Source: Eledone cirrhosa (Eukaryota). Taken from it: a stretch of DNA of 64,000 bases. The notes under the pieces are model-generated. The model worked only from the letters and a program-made list of their open reading frames with translations, made no database searches and was not told the DNA's origin. The translations under genes and the position numbers were made by a program. Position 1 is the stretch's first letter. Every line of letters starts with the position of its first letter. This document shows positions 15,313 through 28,784 of this stretch, in pieces. The stretch lies in NCBI GenBank assembly GCA_964016885.1, contig OZ024755.1, forward strand, positions 14,198,001 through 14,262,000, read 5' to 3'.

Positions 15313-15383
15313 CTGCAATGACTTTTGGAGTTCTTCATTTTTCTTACAACTTTCACCAACAACAACGAACTTGATGGCCAAAT
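15313..15383 (-). CDS. ECT2: ECT2-like coding exon 3
   Basis: 71-nt exon, ttttag acceptor and CAG|GTAAT donor, phase 1 to 0. Encodes (D)LAIKFVVVGESCKKNEELQKSLQ, similar to ECT2 RVILVQEAGKQEELIKALK. Confidence 0.85.
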
Positions 15384-15466
15384 CTAAAACATAAAAATAT
15401 ATTTTTAGTACCATTTTATACAGATAACTCTGACAAAATATCACAGTTGAAATTAAGGAGCTGAAT

Positions 15467-15812
15467 GGAGGCACATGGCTTAGTGGTTAGAGCATTGGGC
15501 TTGCAATCGAAAGGTTGTGAGTTCAATTCTCAGACTGGGTGATGTGTTGTTTCCTTGAGCAAGACACTTTATTTCACATTGCTCCAGTTTACTCAGCTGT
15601 AGAAATGAGATGATAGGGACTGGGGTCCCTATCATTCCACTGTAAAGTGGTCGTGGAGGTGCCACGGCAAAAAAGCACCCAGCACTCACTGTAAATGAGG
15701 TTGGTGTTAGGAAGGGCATCCAGCTGTAGAAATCAAGCCAGAATCAGTTTCCGTCCCACCCTTGCAAGCAGGGAAAAAGCGGACGTAAAATGAAATGATG
15801 ATGATGATGATG
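15467..15812 (+). mobile_element. tRNA-derived SINE with an RTE-type 3' tail (family 1)
   Basis: A box TGGCTTAGTGG, B box GAGTTCAATTC, body CCTTGAGCAAGACACTT, then the RTE 3'UTR and (GAT)n. Other copies at 44484, ~11740, ~59850 and ~63170. Confidence 0.85.
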
Positions 15813-16166
15813 AATCAAACAACTTTTGAAAATGTAAACAAACATTGTATGTGAAGTTTGAAAGTTCGAGCTTCGCATACAATAATTTATATATATATAA
15901 CCGGTACTAGCAGTGAAACACATGCTAGTCCCGTCAACTTATTATATTTATATACACACACATACATACCAGTGGTTTCCAGCCTGGGATTCAAAGTCAT
16001 TGTGTTTATATTTATTTAAATACCTCTTTGCATAATTTTTTTTAAGAACATCTTTCAAATACAAACTTAATTTTATTAAATTCCTACAAATTGTTGATTA
16101 TTCTAAAAAATGATAGGCAATGTCTTTCATTATAAAGATAGTAACAACAATACAAGTGTTGAAAAC

Positions 16167-16367
16167 CATCTTTCCTGGGATCCTTTTTGAAGCAATGTTT
16201 TATGTCCAGATTCCCTTCCTGGTGCCAACCCTATTAGTTGTCTCTTATAACACACAGGAATATAGCACATCTTTCCTGGGATCCTTTTTGAAGCAATGTT
16301 TTATGTCCAGATTCCCTTCCTGGTGCCAACCCTATTAGTTGTCTCTTATAATACACAGGAATATAGC
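16167..16367. repeat. Recent 101-bp tandem duplication
   Basis: CATCTTTCCTGGGATCC...GGAATATAGC occurs at 16167 and 16268, nearly identical. Confidence 0.92.
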
Positions 16368-18484
16368 TCAGCTATTCTAAACCAGTTACATAATTAATGA
16401 GAAACATGATAACAAAAGGATTAACTAAATAATTAATTCAGCCTTTCACCATCTCGTTAAGTTATAAAATAAGCATCAGTAGTAAAGGTTTTAAGAGAGA
16501 CAATAAAATATCAAATGGTGTCTACTAAACAAATTAATGTTGATACATCATTTACACGATTTGTGTAAAAAATACCACCCAGATTTTAAAGGTTACTAAA
16601 AAGAACATTGTAAATGCTATTCAAAATTTTCTTAAATAATCTGTATTTCTTTTTTTTTTCTTTTTTGAAAGAGAGAGAGGGATTTTGATCTTTAGCAGGT
16701 GAAACAGATGTTAAATGATGATAAATCTAATGAATTCTGCTCAGTGTTTAACTGTATCTTTGTCCATTTGTTACATGCAAACACTACAAACTGTTAAAAA
16801 CGTTCTAAAAATGTTCTTCTGAATTCATGGAATACAAATGTAATATGGGGATGGGTGACAGGTTGACAAAGACACTAAAATGTTCTCTGCCAATTCTGTT
16901 GTCTATCTATCTATCACTGTATTTATGTATATATATTATCATCATCATTATGTCAGTAGTAGAGTTTGGTTATATTATAAAAAGTTGGGACTAAAATGCT
17001 GAGCTTTTGCCGTTTCAACAGTGAGTTCCAGACATCTAGCCCTAGCTGTTGAAATAGATCCAGACTCTTTATAATATATATATCATCATCATCACCGTTT
17101 TACGTCCGTTCTTCCACGCTAGCATAGGTTAGACGGGTTGTCTTGTTGTGGTCAGTGTCTGGTCGGCTGACCGTGTCTTGCTCATACAGAAACTGATTCT
17201 ATATAGGCACAATACATAAACATAGCTTTGTTACACTTTGATGAGGAAGCAAATAGTACCCATATTACAATGGGTTATGTAGTAATATATAATAATTAGT
17301 ACCTTTTCTACTGCCACACTAAAGGAAGGCTGGTAAGAAATTACATGTTGATTGTGATAAATACAATGGAAACAGTTGAAGGGAGATAAATGCAATGGTC
17401 AAGTTATTTTTTTTATTCATACAATCAGTATAGTAGAATGATCACAGGTCAATATCAACTGTATGTTTAATAAAGAAATCATTATTACTGGTCAATATGA
17501 CAAAATGAAAAGTTATATCAATACATACAGAAAAATGAATGTATATATCATTACCATTTAAGGTCTATTTTTTAAAATCACACTTGCATAGGTTAGACAG
17601 TTTGTCACGTTATGAGACAAGTCAGACCAGATGACTGCGTTTTGCTCACTTGGATTTGTATTTTAGCTAGGTTCCTATGGCTGGATGCCCTTCCTAATGC
17701 CAACCACATTAGTGTCGACTGGGTACTTTTTATCAAGGCACTAAAACGAGCATCTAAAGCGGTGGACTAGGTGCATTTTCGTTGTGTCTCCAACACAACC
17801 AACCACCTTACAGGATAGACTGGGCGCTTTTTGTCATGTTAGTAGCACAAATGCCTTACAAGTTGGAGTGGGTCTTTTTTCTCATGTCACCAAAACGACC
17901 ACCTTACATGGTGGACTGGGTGTCTTTTTCTTCTCATGTCACTAGTTCGACCAACTTACAGAGTGGACTGTGTGCCTTTCTCTTTTCGTGTTGATGATCA
18001 TATAAGTGTGTATCATCAAAAAGGACTCATCCTCCCACGGGAGCAGGATGAAACAATTGTCAGAAGGATGGTAGTGTAGAGACAGCACAACATCTACATT
18101 CAGGTTACCCTCTTCACCAACTAATATATTCCTCCTCCTCTCCCTCCTGACTCCAGCCCAATCTGCCTCTCCTTACCTCCCTCCTTGACTTCTTTCTTTG
18201 GATAGAGGGATTGGTGCATTTTACTATGGTACAAGCATTAGCACGTAGAATAGGCTGGGTGTATTTTATTGTTGCACCAGCACTACCACTTTACAGAGTG
18301 TACTGGGTGGGGGGGAGATTTTATCATGCATTAGCACTCCCATTTGCAGACTAGTATACTGGTTATATTTTAGAATCTTTGTATGTAACCATTAGAAACA
18401 AAAGCCAAACCAAAGAAAATTAACATCACAGTCAAAGATAAAACTGAATTTATAATACAGACATGTAAGAGTTTTAATACATAC

Positions 18485-18565
18485 CAGGTTTTAACACAGA
18501 TCTGGTGGATAGAGTCTTAGCATTTAAATGCCTATTTGGTGTGGCCGATGTATCAAATGAAATAC
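18485..18565 (-). CDS. ECT2: ECT2-like coding exon 2
   Basis: 81-nt exon, cttcag acceptor and GTATGT donor, phase 1 to 1. Open frame (G)ISFDTSATPNRHLNAKTLSTRSVLKP joins exons 1 and 3 in frame. Confidence 0.75.
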
Positions 18566-19249
18566 CTGAAGAGTAAAATATATTTAATGATAGAATATCA
18601 AATAACATATTGAGAGGAGTGGAAACATTCACTAGAAGTTACTACTGGTTAGCTCAAATGATATTGATTATATTTCAAGAGTTCATCATTCTCATTTAAT
18701 GTCCATTTTTCTATGATGGCAAGAGTTAGACGAGTCATCACAGACCAAGTTGGTATTTAATCAGAGTTACTGACTTCCTACATGGGTCAGCGGCTACATT
18801 TCACATACATTTCAGTTTTGACAGAGTGTCTACTACTGAATGCCCTTCATAACAACAACCTCTTTACAGAAAAACACTATTTCATTCAGAAATATAAAAA
18901 TGCTCCCAGTACACACTGTAAAATGGTTGGCATTAGAAAGGGCATCCAGCAAAAGAAATTATGTCAAACAAAACGTTCAGACATCTTCAGTTGTGCCAAG
19001 GATCTGACAACCTCACTAGTGTTGGAGCCACAATAAAATGCATCCAATACACTGTGTAGAGTGGTTGACATTCAGCCAAAGAAACCATGCAAAACAAAGA
19101 GTTGAGCAAACTCCTCAGTTGTGTTAAGGACATGACAAGCTCCCTGATGCTGGTGCCATGATAAAATTAACCCAGGAGTCTCTGTAGTTGGCTGGTGGTA
19201 GGAAGTGCATCTAACTGTTGTAAATATGTCAAAGCTGGACAATATAAAA

Positions 19250-19990
19250 ATGAGAGTGCAACGCTAAACCATTCAAACAGCTCACTTAAAAAGTTCAGTA
19301 TATGCCTAGTCTGTAATCCAGCAGTTACTAGTGACACTAATCTCTGAATCCGATGTAGTTTATGGCACATTTCAGACTTCTATGAAATCCCAGACACAAT
19401 ATTCATCAGTTTCTTTAGTCAAAACTCCATAAGTCACACTATCCTAAAGTGTGCATACTTGTGGCTAGAGACTGCCTGCGAAAACCTCATCTCCAATGAA
19501 ATCCTATCATGTATCCAAAACAGTTGGTTGCTACTAGATGTGACATATTTTATATTTCAGGTATATTTTACAAGTTTAATTTATTGAACAAACTGTTACA
19601 AAGAGAAAACTGTAATCTTATGTCTTACAAAGAGGCTAGTAATGCTCTCATTGGGAAACTCAGTCTAACCATATCATCACAATTTAGTGAAAAATACAAC
19701 TCTGACATTGACTGACACTCAACTAGATAATAATCTCTTTGTCGTCTGTTTGAATTATCTGTACAATGACATGGAAATTTGGTTCAATGAGTTGTCAGCT
19801 AGATTCAAACATGACAAACATAAATTATGAGAAAGTAGTAACATTGCTTTTCCCACTTCTTACCTACTATTAAATGCTTACAACTGACTTGATATTGTAA
19901 GTAGAGATGATGATTTGTCATTAACAAGGTTGCAACCAAGTCAGAAATTAAAAAAAACCCTGAGTTTGCACACTGGCAATCAAAAGAATA
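19250..19990 (+). mobile_element. hAT (Charlie/Buster-like) transposase remnant
   Basis: DIFYISGIFYKFNLLNKLLQ...ALIGKLSL resembles the hAT-Charlie motif IAYL.DIF.KLN.LN..LQG...F..KL. Heavily decayed and boundaries are approximate. Confidence 0.5.
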
Positions 19991-20143
19991 TTTTTATGTT
20001 ACTATTATATAGATATTTTATGTTTCTAAAATGTTTTAGGAGACCGAGCCAACCTCACTTTCATATGATGGTCTTTAGGAAAGCATTTGTTATAATGCTT
20101 TGCTAAACAAAGTTCTTTGTATGAAAAAATACAGTGAAGAACC

Positions 20144-20332
20144 ATAATTGTTTCTACTTTTGGCACAAGGCCAGCAATTATCCCAGTGTATTACTGGTGC
20201 TTTATTTTATCGACCCCATAAGGATGAAAGGCAAAGTTAACCTCGGCAGGATTTGAACTCAGACCATAAAGGGCCGTAACTCTTTGCTGCAAAGCATGGT
20301 GTCCGACCCTCTACCGATACTGCCAATCCAAT
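20144..20332 (-). mobile_element. SINE-like repeat, family 2, inverted copy
   Basis: Reverse complement of 22603-22790 with scattered substitutions. Confidence 0.8.
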
Positions 20333-22254
20333 GATATGCATATATGTAAAGTGGCCATTTTGCTGCCACAACAAAAACACACTCAGTACACTCTGTAAAT
20401 TTGGTTAGTGTTAGGAAAGGTATCCAGCTGTAGAAACCAAGTCAAAATCAATTCTGTATGAGTAAGACATGGTCATCTGATCTGGCTTCTCTCACAATGG
20501 GCCAACTCGTCTAACCCATGCTAGCATGGAAAAATGAACATTAAATGGTGATGATGCACATCCATACACGTCATAATTGTTCATCACATATTTGCCAACC
20601 ATTGGACATGATGTGGTATGAAACGAAAGAAAATATCTGGGTTTTTTTAAAGAGAACTCTTCAGACACGTGAAGGACATAACAACCTCTCTAGTGCTGGT
20701 GCCACAATAAACTGCACCCATTGCACCCTGTAGATGTAGAAACAATGTTAAAAGGATTAAAAAGGATCTTCAGCCACACAAAGGACATAATCTTTTTATG
20801 CACCCAGTACACCCTATCAAATGGCTGGCAGTAGGAAGGAAATCTAGCCATAGAAACACTGCCAAAAATGGAACACATTGAGCGAGACATGGAAGCTATA
20901 AGCATTTGACTTAACAAACTTGTTTTTAGATATATTTTGCTGAATCATTACAGGATATTAAGAGTTAAATAATCTTTTTTGTGGTAAATAAAATATGGCT
21001 TTTTTTCCTGGACATATATTCATATAATAAAATGAGTGTTTAATCCTTTAGCATTTAAACCGGCCGTATCCAACCAGAATTCTCTAACCTCTTTCTGTTC
21101 AAACTGGCTGTAACCTGCTGCTTATACTAATGTTAAGGTATTGTTCTCAAAATAAATAAAATCAAAATCTTATTGATTCAATATTATGTGAGATAATTTT
21201 ACAATAGTAAATATAGAGTAATGTAAATGCTAGAGGGTTAAAATATCATAGTACCTACAACATTCAAATATTGACTAACTAAGCACTCAATATATGTGAG
21301 CAGAGTGTAAATTTTATTTTCAGAATAGAAAAGTGACAGCGATTTCAAAGTTTTACCTGAGTTACACAATTACTTAAAATATAATTAACATAATCAATAA
21401 CTATTTTGAAGATTGATGATTAAAAACTGAGAATCTAGGATTAATTAAAAAGTGAGTGTCACTAGTGGTACTCAGTTTTCTCTCTTCATGCCTAGTTTAA
21501 AAATAGTTATAATTATATAACTTAGTCATCTGTATAGAAAGTTTGCAAACTGCGCTCAACTTTCTAGAAATAGCAGCCAAATCCCACTTAAATCACATGT
21601 TACAGGTTTTTTTCTTCTTTTGTTTTCTTAAATACATTAACTAATGTAGACCTGGAGATATGTCTGAAAAGAATAAAACAGCTTGTCACCACTGAAGATG
21701 AGTTCGCTGAGTGTGAGCTAACTTTAGGGTTTAAGTAGATTTATTGAAGCGAAAAGAAGAAAAAATGTCAGGAATGGTGGTTAACAATATATATGTGGGT
21801 GTGTGTGCGTGCGTATTGTTAACCAGCAAAATAATCAAACATTGTGAACAAGTGAGGGGAGGGAGTCGCGTGTTGTTTAATGAATGTACAGGTTTGTATT
21901 GTTAAACTGTGACAGGTACATACAGTTAAACTGGAGCAGGTGACCCCCTTATCAATGTAGATGAAGAGGATAGGTTCAATAATTCACTAGCTGGGAATAC
22001 ACCTTCCTTTCTGTCAAATCAATCCATACAAGTTATCCCAGCTATTTATATATATAGAGAGTTGTAGCTTTTTAATAATTTCTCACAAAAACACACCAAT
22101 AGGAAATTGATAGGAGACGACTTCGCCGAGTAAATCGATCACAGTTATGGTCTCAACATATGACGGGGGGGGGGGGGTGAAGTGGGTTGCGGCACTGACA
22201 AATGAATTTCTAGTTAGTGATCTCGCCTTGCTAAAGAATCAGATAGTGCCTTAG

Positions 22255-22510
22255 CCTCACCCCACAAAATTGTTAACCATCTTGCCAACAACAACCCTGA
22301 GTACCTTTTTGATTTCCATGTGTCTAACACACGTGGACATGCCCACAAAGTCAGAAAACAGTACAGTTCCCATGACTTTCGGAAACATTTTTTTCACGCT
22401 CAGAGTTGCTGAAGCATGGAATAAACTACCTGCATCGGTTGTTAGCTGTCGAGACACTGTATCCTTTAAGGCCTCCATGCTTCCCGAGATTCGCCAACAC
22501 TACACCTAAT
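22255..22510 (+). mobile_element. CR1-group LINE 3' end
   Basis: SNTRGHAHKVRKQ...FRKHFF(frameshift)TLRVAEAWNKLPASVV....SFK is the CR1-type C-terminal signature. Confidence 0.8.
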
Positions 22511-22597
22511 GTTCCCCCTCCATACACATACACACATGTATATCATGACTCATACACTATTCACTTCCTTGAGATTTGTGTATTATTATATGTACTA

Positions 22598-22790
22598 GGG
22601 CGTTGGATTGGCAGTATCGGTAGAAGGTCGGACGCCATGCTTTGCAGCAAAGAGTTACGGCCCTTTATGGTTTGAGTTCAAATCGCGCCGAGGTTAACTT
22701 TGACTTTCATCCTTACGGGGTCGATAAAATAAAGAATCAGTAATACACTGGGATAATTGCTGGCCTTGTGCCAAAAGTAGAAACAATTAT
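22598..22790 (+). mobile_element. SINE-like repeat, family 2
   Basis: B-box-like GAGTTCAAATC followed by GAGGTTAACTTTG..TTTCATCCTTACGGGGTCGATAAAATAAAG. Many dispersed copies (20144, 23020, 26040, 28297, 32610 and others). Confidence 0.8.
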
Positions 22791-23611
22791 TATATGTACT
22801 ATACATGTACCTTTGACAAGTTGTAGTGCACCTGAGCACTTTACACAATAATTTCATTATATTATTATAGAGCCGGAGCAAATACCGCACGGTATTTTAT
22901 CTCATGCTCTAACGACTCAACCAACCATCCGATTCTGTATTACATAATTTTTCAAATATGTTAAATCATATTATGCAATGATGATTTAACTGTCTTAAAT
23001 TATTCGATGAAATGAGAATAATGGTTTCTGATTTAAGCATAAGGCCAACAATTTGGGGGGAGGGAAAAGGCAATTAAAGCGACCTCAGTGCGTTATTGGT
23101 ACTTTATTGTATCGACCACGTAAGGATGAAAGGTAAAGTTAACCTCGGCATAACAATATGGATTAGTTTACATTTTAAATTCCTTCTTCTCAAGTACTTT
23201 AACGAGTTTCTTATACATTTCGAAAATAGATTTGCTCTATTTAATAAAACTAAAATTTAGAGTAATTTTATTCAACTCGCGCTCGAAAGATGATCACTTA
23301 TTTAATGCACAAACATGACATTCCAAAAGTGACAGACAGATAGATAAATGTGACTATAGATATATATATACAGAGAGAGAGGTCTGAAAAGTGCTTTGAG
23401 GCAAACTCACTAGATCACTAACTCCTCTATGTGTATACACACACACACACATTTGTAAGGTAACGAATATAGGAATTGAAATTACCGGTTCAATACCGTA
23501 GTGACCAACTATTTCATAATGAATCAGGAACCCTCAGACCATATATATATATACAAACACACACACAGTAATGCACTGGATAATTGCCGGCCTTGTGCCT
23601 AAAGTAGAAAC

Positions 23612-23653
<42 letters not shown>

Positions 23654-24280
23654 CCACACACATACATTCATATATACATACAGAACAAAAGAAAAAATAA
23701 GAGTACTTCTAAATAGATAATTGTAATTAGATGTGCGAATATAGAACACAATAGTATCTGCTTTAAAAGAAGAGGATCAAATTATAACAATAAAATATGA
23801 ACTAAACAGTTTTTAGATAACATTAGAGAAATTGACATTATCAACAAGTTAAGGAAATGGATTAAAAAAAACAAAAAATTGTCTTCTACAAATTGCAGAC
23901 AGCTGAGGACGATTAGATTTACGTTTATTTTTAAAACTAGAAATTATAGAAGAAAATAAACATTTAAAAGTAAATATAGTAGATAATAAATATATATTTT
24001 CAATAATGGATTAGAAGATAATATGTTAACTATGTGAGTATTATTTAAAAGGCATTGTAACGAAATAAAAATATACGGTAAACAATGAATTAGAGTAATG
24101 TCATTCATCGTAATTAATTCGACCAGTTGCACGTTATAATGTCTATAAATAAATAACTAGATCAAAATCGAGATATGAAAATAGATTAGTTATCATATAT
24201 CGATATGTACCTTCGGTTGTTAAATTTACCAAACGATTTACCGTTGTTTAAAGTGAAAAAAATACATAAGCTTGACTTAC

Positions 24281-24302
24281 CAGAATTCATATTATCCGCC
24301 AT
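24281..24302 (-). CDS. ECT2: ECT2-like first coding exon (MADNMNS-G)
   Basis: ATG GCG GAT AAT ATG AAT TCT G followed by a GTAAGT donor. Phase 1 matches exon 2. Lies in a locally CpG-retaining, repeat-free patch. Confidence 0.72.
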
Positions 24303-24309
24303 ATCGTCA

Positions 24310-24480
24310 CTGTTTAAATTTAACAGTTCTGATTGGTTGGAAGATATGATGACACACCGGAAATGATAACTCCGCAGTGAAGATAATGGGTGGAGATTTA
24401 ATAACCTAGATAAAACGATACTAAATATAAACATGTTCACTAGATTGTCTTCATCACTTCACGTATAATATATATATAGG
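24310..24480 (-). promoter_or_regulatory. Putative ECT2 promoter / 5'UTR region
   Basis: CCAAT on the minus strand (ATTGG 24332-24336), ETS-like CCGGAA (24357-24362) and local CpG retention just upstream of the ATG. Motif-level evidence only. Confidence 0.35.
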
Positions 24481-24697
24481 TTAGCCGTTGCTGCCCCCTT
24501 TTTTTATGATCGTTGAAAATAAGCTCTTCGAATTAAATTCTCAAATACCTTATCCATTCGACTTGTAGCAGAAAAAATAAGTTTTCTAAAGTTTTAATAA
24601 TAGCTTTTGAAACGTTTTCTTTTGAACAAAATGTACTTCATACAGACATACACGCACACCTATATCATCATCATACGTCCGTTTCGCTACTCCGGCG

Positions 24698-24738
<41 letters not shown>

Positions 24739-24872
24739 GCCTGAGTAGAGAAACGGATGTATGATGATGATATAGGATGATAAATATATATAGATATATA
24801 TATATGTGTGTGTATGTATATACATATATCATGATCATTTTACGTCCGCTTTTCTATGCTTGCATGGATCTA

Positions 24873-24923
<51 letters not shown>

Positions 24924-25139
24924 GAAAAGTATAGAAATTGTTGTAGCGAAAAGCTAACAGTATTCCATAACATATAACCACATATATATATATGGTTAGG
25001 AAGGGCATCCAGCTGTGGAAACCAAGGCCAAATCAGCCCCGGGTGTGCAAAACACGGTCCTCTGTCCTGATTCTCGTCCAAAGGATCAACCCGTCCTACT
25101 ATGCGTGGGAAATGGACATTAAACGATGATGATGATGAT

Positions 25140-25757
25140 CATCATCATCGTTTAACGTCCATCTTCCACGCTAGCATGGGTTTGGACGGGAGTTTTCCCA
25201 CTTGAGGCAAGAGTGGTTGTCTTGCTCGCATAGGACTGTTTGGCGGGTTTTCTACGGCTGGATGCCCTTCCCAACACCAACCACGTTTACAGTGTGGACT
25301 GGGAAGTTTTTACCGTGTTACCTACACGGCCACATTACAGCGTGGACTGTGTGGTTTTTTTTTGTCGTTACACCTACACGACCTCATTTGTTTCGGACTG
25401 GATGTTGTGGTACCAACATAACTTTACATTGAAAGGGGTGGTGTGGATGTGGTGGGGGTAGTGGGACGGGGGTGTATTTTGTTAGAAGTGCCTACTGACT
25501 GTAGTAGTTTTCACTTTGTACTGAGGTAAGGCGGGTCTTCTGTATTACTGTGTAGCGCCAAAGATCTCGGTCCAGTGACATTGTCTTGGAGAGGTGTAAG
25601 TGTGTGAGGTCGGAATTGATCAAGTCGTCCCAGGTTTTTCTGGGTCTGCCTACTCCGTGGCTACCGTCTATTTTTATTGCCCTGCACTTTTTTATACAGC
25701 TGTCGTCTTTCATGCGCATCACGTGACCATACCAACATAGTCTTCTCTCGAGTAAAC
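25140..25757 (-). mobile_element. RTE LINE 3' fragment, near-identical to 61260-61875
   Basis: Same MRMKDDSCIKKCRAIKIDGSHGVGRPRKTW peptide, 3'UTR and (GAT)n tail. Confidence 0.9.
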
Positions 25758-25759
25758 GA

Positions 25760-25796
<37 letters not shown>

Positions 25797-27289
25797 GTGT
25801 GTATGTGCAGTAATTTCTGAGAAAGCCTATATGAATTCAGAGCTAAGCAGAAACACCACTAACATACTATTTGTTCCTAGGCAGCTCAAAAAGAAATGTA
25901 GGGAACATAATATTTATAAGAGTGAACAGGAGAAGTATATGGAGAATCAAGGAGCAACTTGGATAACCCATTCTCCTTGTACAGTTATATAGGGCCCATG
26001 TCTCCTCCTCTTGAAGAGCCATCTTCCCCCTCTATGACAGGCAAAGTTAACCTTGGTGGGATTTGAACTCAGAGCATAAAGAGCTGGAACAAATACTGTT
26101 AGGTATTTGTCTGATGCTCTAACAGCTCTGACATTCCACCACTGTAGATTAAAAGATAATGGTTTATGGTTTAGGCACAAGGCTAACAATTTTTTTTGTT
26201 GGAGGAGAGCAAAAAAAAAAAAAGTCAATTAAATCGACCCGTGTGTTATTGGTACTTTATTTTATCAACCCCATAAGAATGAAGGATTTTGCAATATAAC
26301 TAACTTTATCATTTTTCAACTGGCTGTAGTAGAGGTAGACCAAGAAAAACCTTAGCAGAGGTTTGTGAGCTGACTTCAAATCACGGAGACTCATGAGAGT
26401 CACTAAGGAGATGACGAAAGAACACGAGTGCAGAGATACCATGCTAAAATGGACGTAAAAAGTATGATGATGTTTAGAACATAACTTAAAAGAGGTTCTT
26501 ACATAAAATTATGCTGGAAGATTTTAAAATGAATATAAACATTTCAAAATAAACAGTTTTTAATCTTAGGACCAAATGTGGTAGCAAACAGTTTTGTATG
26601 AGTCAGAAGCAGCTAAAAATGGCAAACAGTCAAAGTTCACAGAATTTACTGATTGGATGCAATAGTGACATTTAAAATTTTTATATTTGTACAAAATATA
26701 AATATATCACTTGTTGAGTTTTGTACAGGAAATGGATTAAAACTTGGATACTTGAACAGATGAAACCGGTATCCTACTTCCTGAAAACATAAGAAATAAT
26801 TAGTTCATTAGTTTCTTATGGTGGAAACTTTTATGTGTTACATAATCTTAATAATCAGAATTCAGAACCATTATAAGGTTTGGATGAACAAAATTAACAA
26901 GAGGAAGTTATGTATTTTTATAGAAAATCTACATCCATTATTCACACACGTAACATACATGGTCCTGTAACTCCTGATGGAGTCGTAGGTGCGCCATATT
27001 GATATACAGTGTTTCTAGGGCATTTTAAAACCTGGCAGAATCCATCTCCTTTCCAGGTCCAAATACAACAGATTTTGTTCAGAGAAGGATAGCGAGTGGG
27101 AAAATGGAAGCGAAAAAGAGATATAGAGGAAAAATCGACCCCAGCAGTAGACTGGTACTTTTTATCAACCTTAAATAATATACTTTAAACTTAGAACACA
27201 GAAGTAGCAACTATATGTATTCTGTTGCTTTATTTGAACTGCCAGCTTAGTGGGTTTTGTGGAGCTTATATAACATTTCCACTGTCTGG

Positions 27290-27840
27290 ATGTATAACTT
27301 TTCTGCTTTTATAAAGATGCACCATAGCAGCCTGCTCTGAGAAAGTTGTCCCCAGAATTTTAAGTCAATGTGCATGACTTTCAATGTCACTTTTCAGCTA
27401 TCCTCTATGCAGTATTTCTTCTGATCTTCAACTGTTCTCTTCCCTGTAGTAAGATCACCATAGACTTATTTTAGTATACACATGTTCATGCTGATGTCAT
27501 GGCCTGTCCAATGAATTTGGGCTTTTTTCTTCTTTTCCAGCCTGGTTTATATTAAAAGAAGTTTTGGCTGTTGGTGCATTTTCATGTCTGTGACTTTGTC
27601 TTGCCACATGACTCGGTTGTTTAGTGAATCTGCTGTAAACAGCCTATATCTCACAGGCAGAAAGAAGTACCATAAGTACAATTATTTGGTAGACATTCAG
27701 ACTGTGGGGTGTAATATTCCTAAAGCTGAGTTTACTTTAGCTATACTAGAATTAACTGCATCATCAATACGGACATGTCTGGAAAGATGACCAAGGTAGG
27801 TGAACTTCTTCTCTGCACAGAGACAACTACATTGTGTGTA
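27290..27840 (-). mobile_element. RTE-BovB-like LINE fragment, degenerate
   Basis: Minus strand KFTYLG and SRHVRIDDAVNSSIAKVNSALG resemble the post-RT region of RTE-BovB elements. Confidence 0.6.
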
Positions 27841-28296
27841 CTTTATGTACTTATAAGTAACAAAACAGATTAGAATTACAGCAATTTATAAAAAAGGTAT
27901 ATTTTTTTATCAGAGGGTCATCTTGCCTTTAAAAGGGGAAGTAGGTCCCCTAAAAATTGTAAACTTTTGGCTACTGGCTCACCCACCCTGTTCTCCTCTT
28001 CTTAGCCTGATAAATTGAGACATCGATCGCAAAAGATCAAATATAGAGGTAGATTAATTTTATATATAGGTATGCCTAGTTAATGGGTGTGTGGACTGTG
28101 TATTATTTTCTTTTGTAATATAATTCTGTTGAAATTTGAAAGATAAGAATTGCAAACCATTTAGGTTTGTAGTTTACGATTTTTTCTTTTCTTTTATTAA
28201 TAATAAATAAAATTTAAAAAAATGTAGCACAATTCTTAAGCTGAAATAAAACATCGATATTAAGATATATATCTTTGAATTGTATATTGTATTAGT

Positions 28297-28500
28297 GATC
28301 GGTAGAGCGTCGGGCAACATGCTTCGCAGCATATGGTTATGGCTCTTTACGTTCTGAGTTCAAATCCCGCCGGGGTTATCTTTGCTTTTCATCCTTACGG
28401 GGTCGATAAAATAAAGTACCAGTAACGCACTAAGGTCGAATTAATGGACTTCATCCTCCCCCTAAATCGTTTGCTTTGTCTAAATCAAAAATCATTATTT
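28297..28500 (+). mobile_element. SINE-like repeat, family 2
   Basis: Colinear with 22598-22790. Confidence 0.75.
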
Positions 28501-28784
28501 CTTTTATTTTTTTTTTAGAAACTTTAAATTTTGCAGCAGGAATAAAAAAAAAATTATGGATGTAGTGTAGGGCACCTTTACACATATAAATACTTGAAAA
28601 AAAAAATCATTTATATTTCCAAGCTATGATAATTCTCAAGTTATAATTTTTTTAAATAATCCACAAAGGGGCGTTTTTTAAACAAATACATATTTATTTA
28701 CAATTCGAACAATGAAAAATAATCTTTTAAGAAAACAATTCCGCAAAGATTATATAACAACTTTTTTTTATTCAATATTCTATG

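Noticed and set aside
15467-15545. tRNA gene
   Set aside because: A and B boxes are present but run into a SINE body and RTE tail, with several dispersed copies. It is a SINE head.
24313-24318. CHR-like TTTAAA cell-cycle element upstream of ECT2
   Set aside because: The hexamer is ubiquitous in this AT-rich sequence and lies only ~11 nt from the ATG, so it is unsupported without conservation data.
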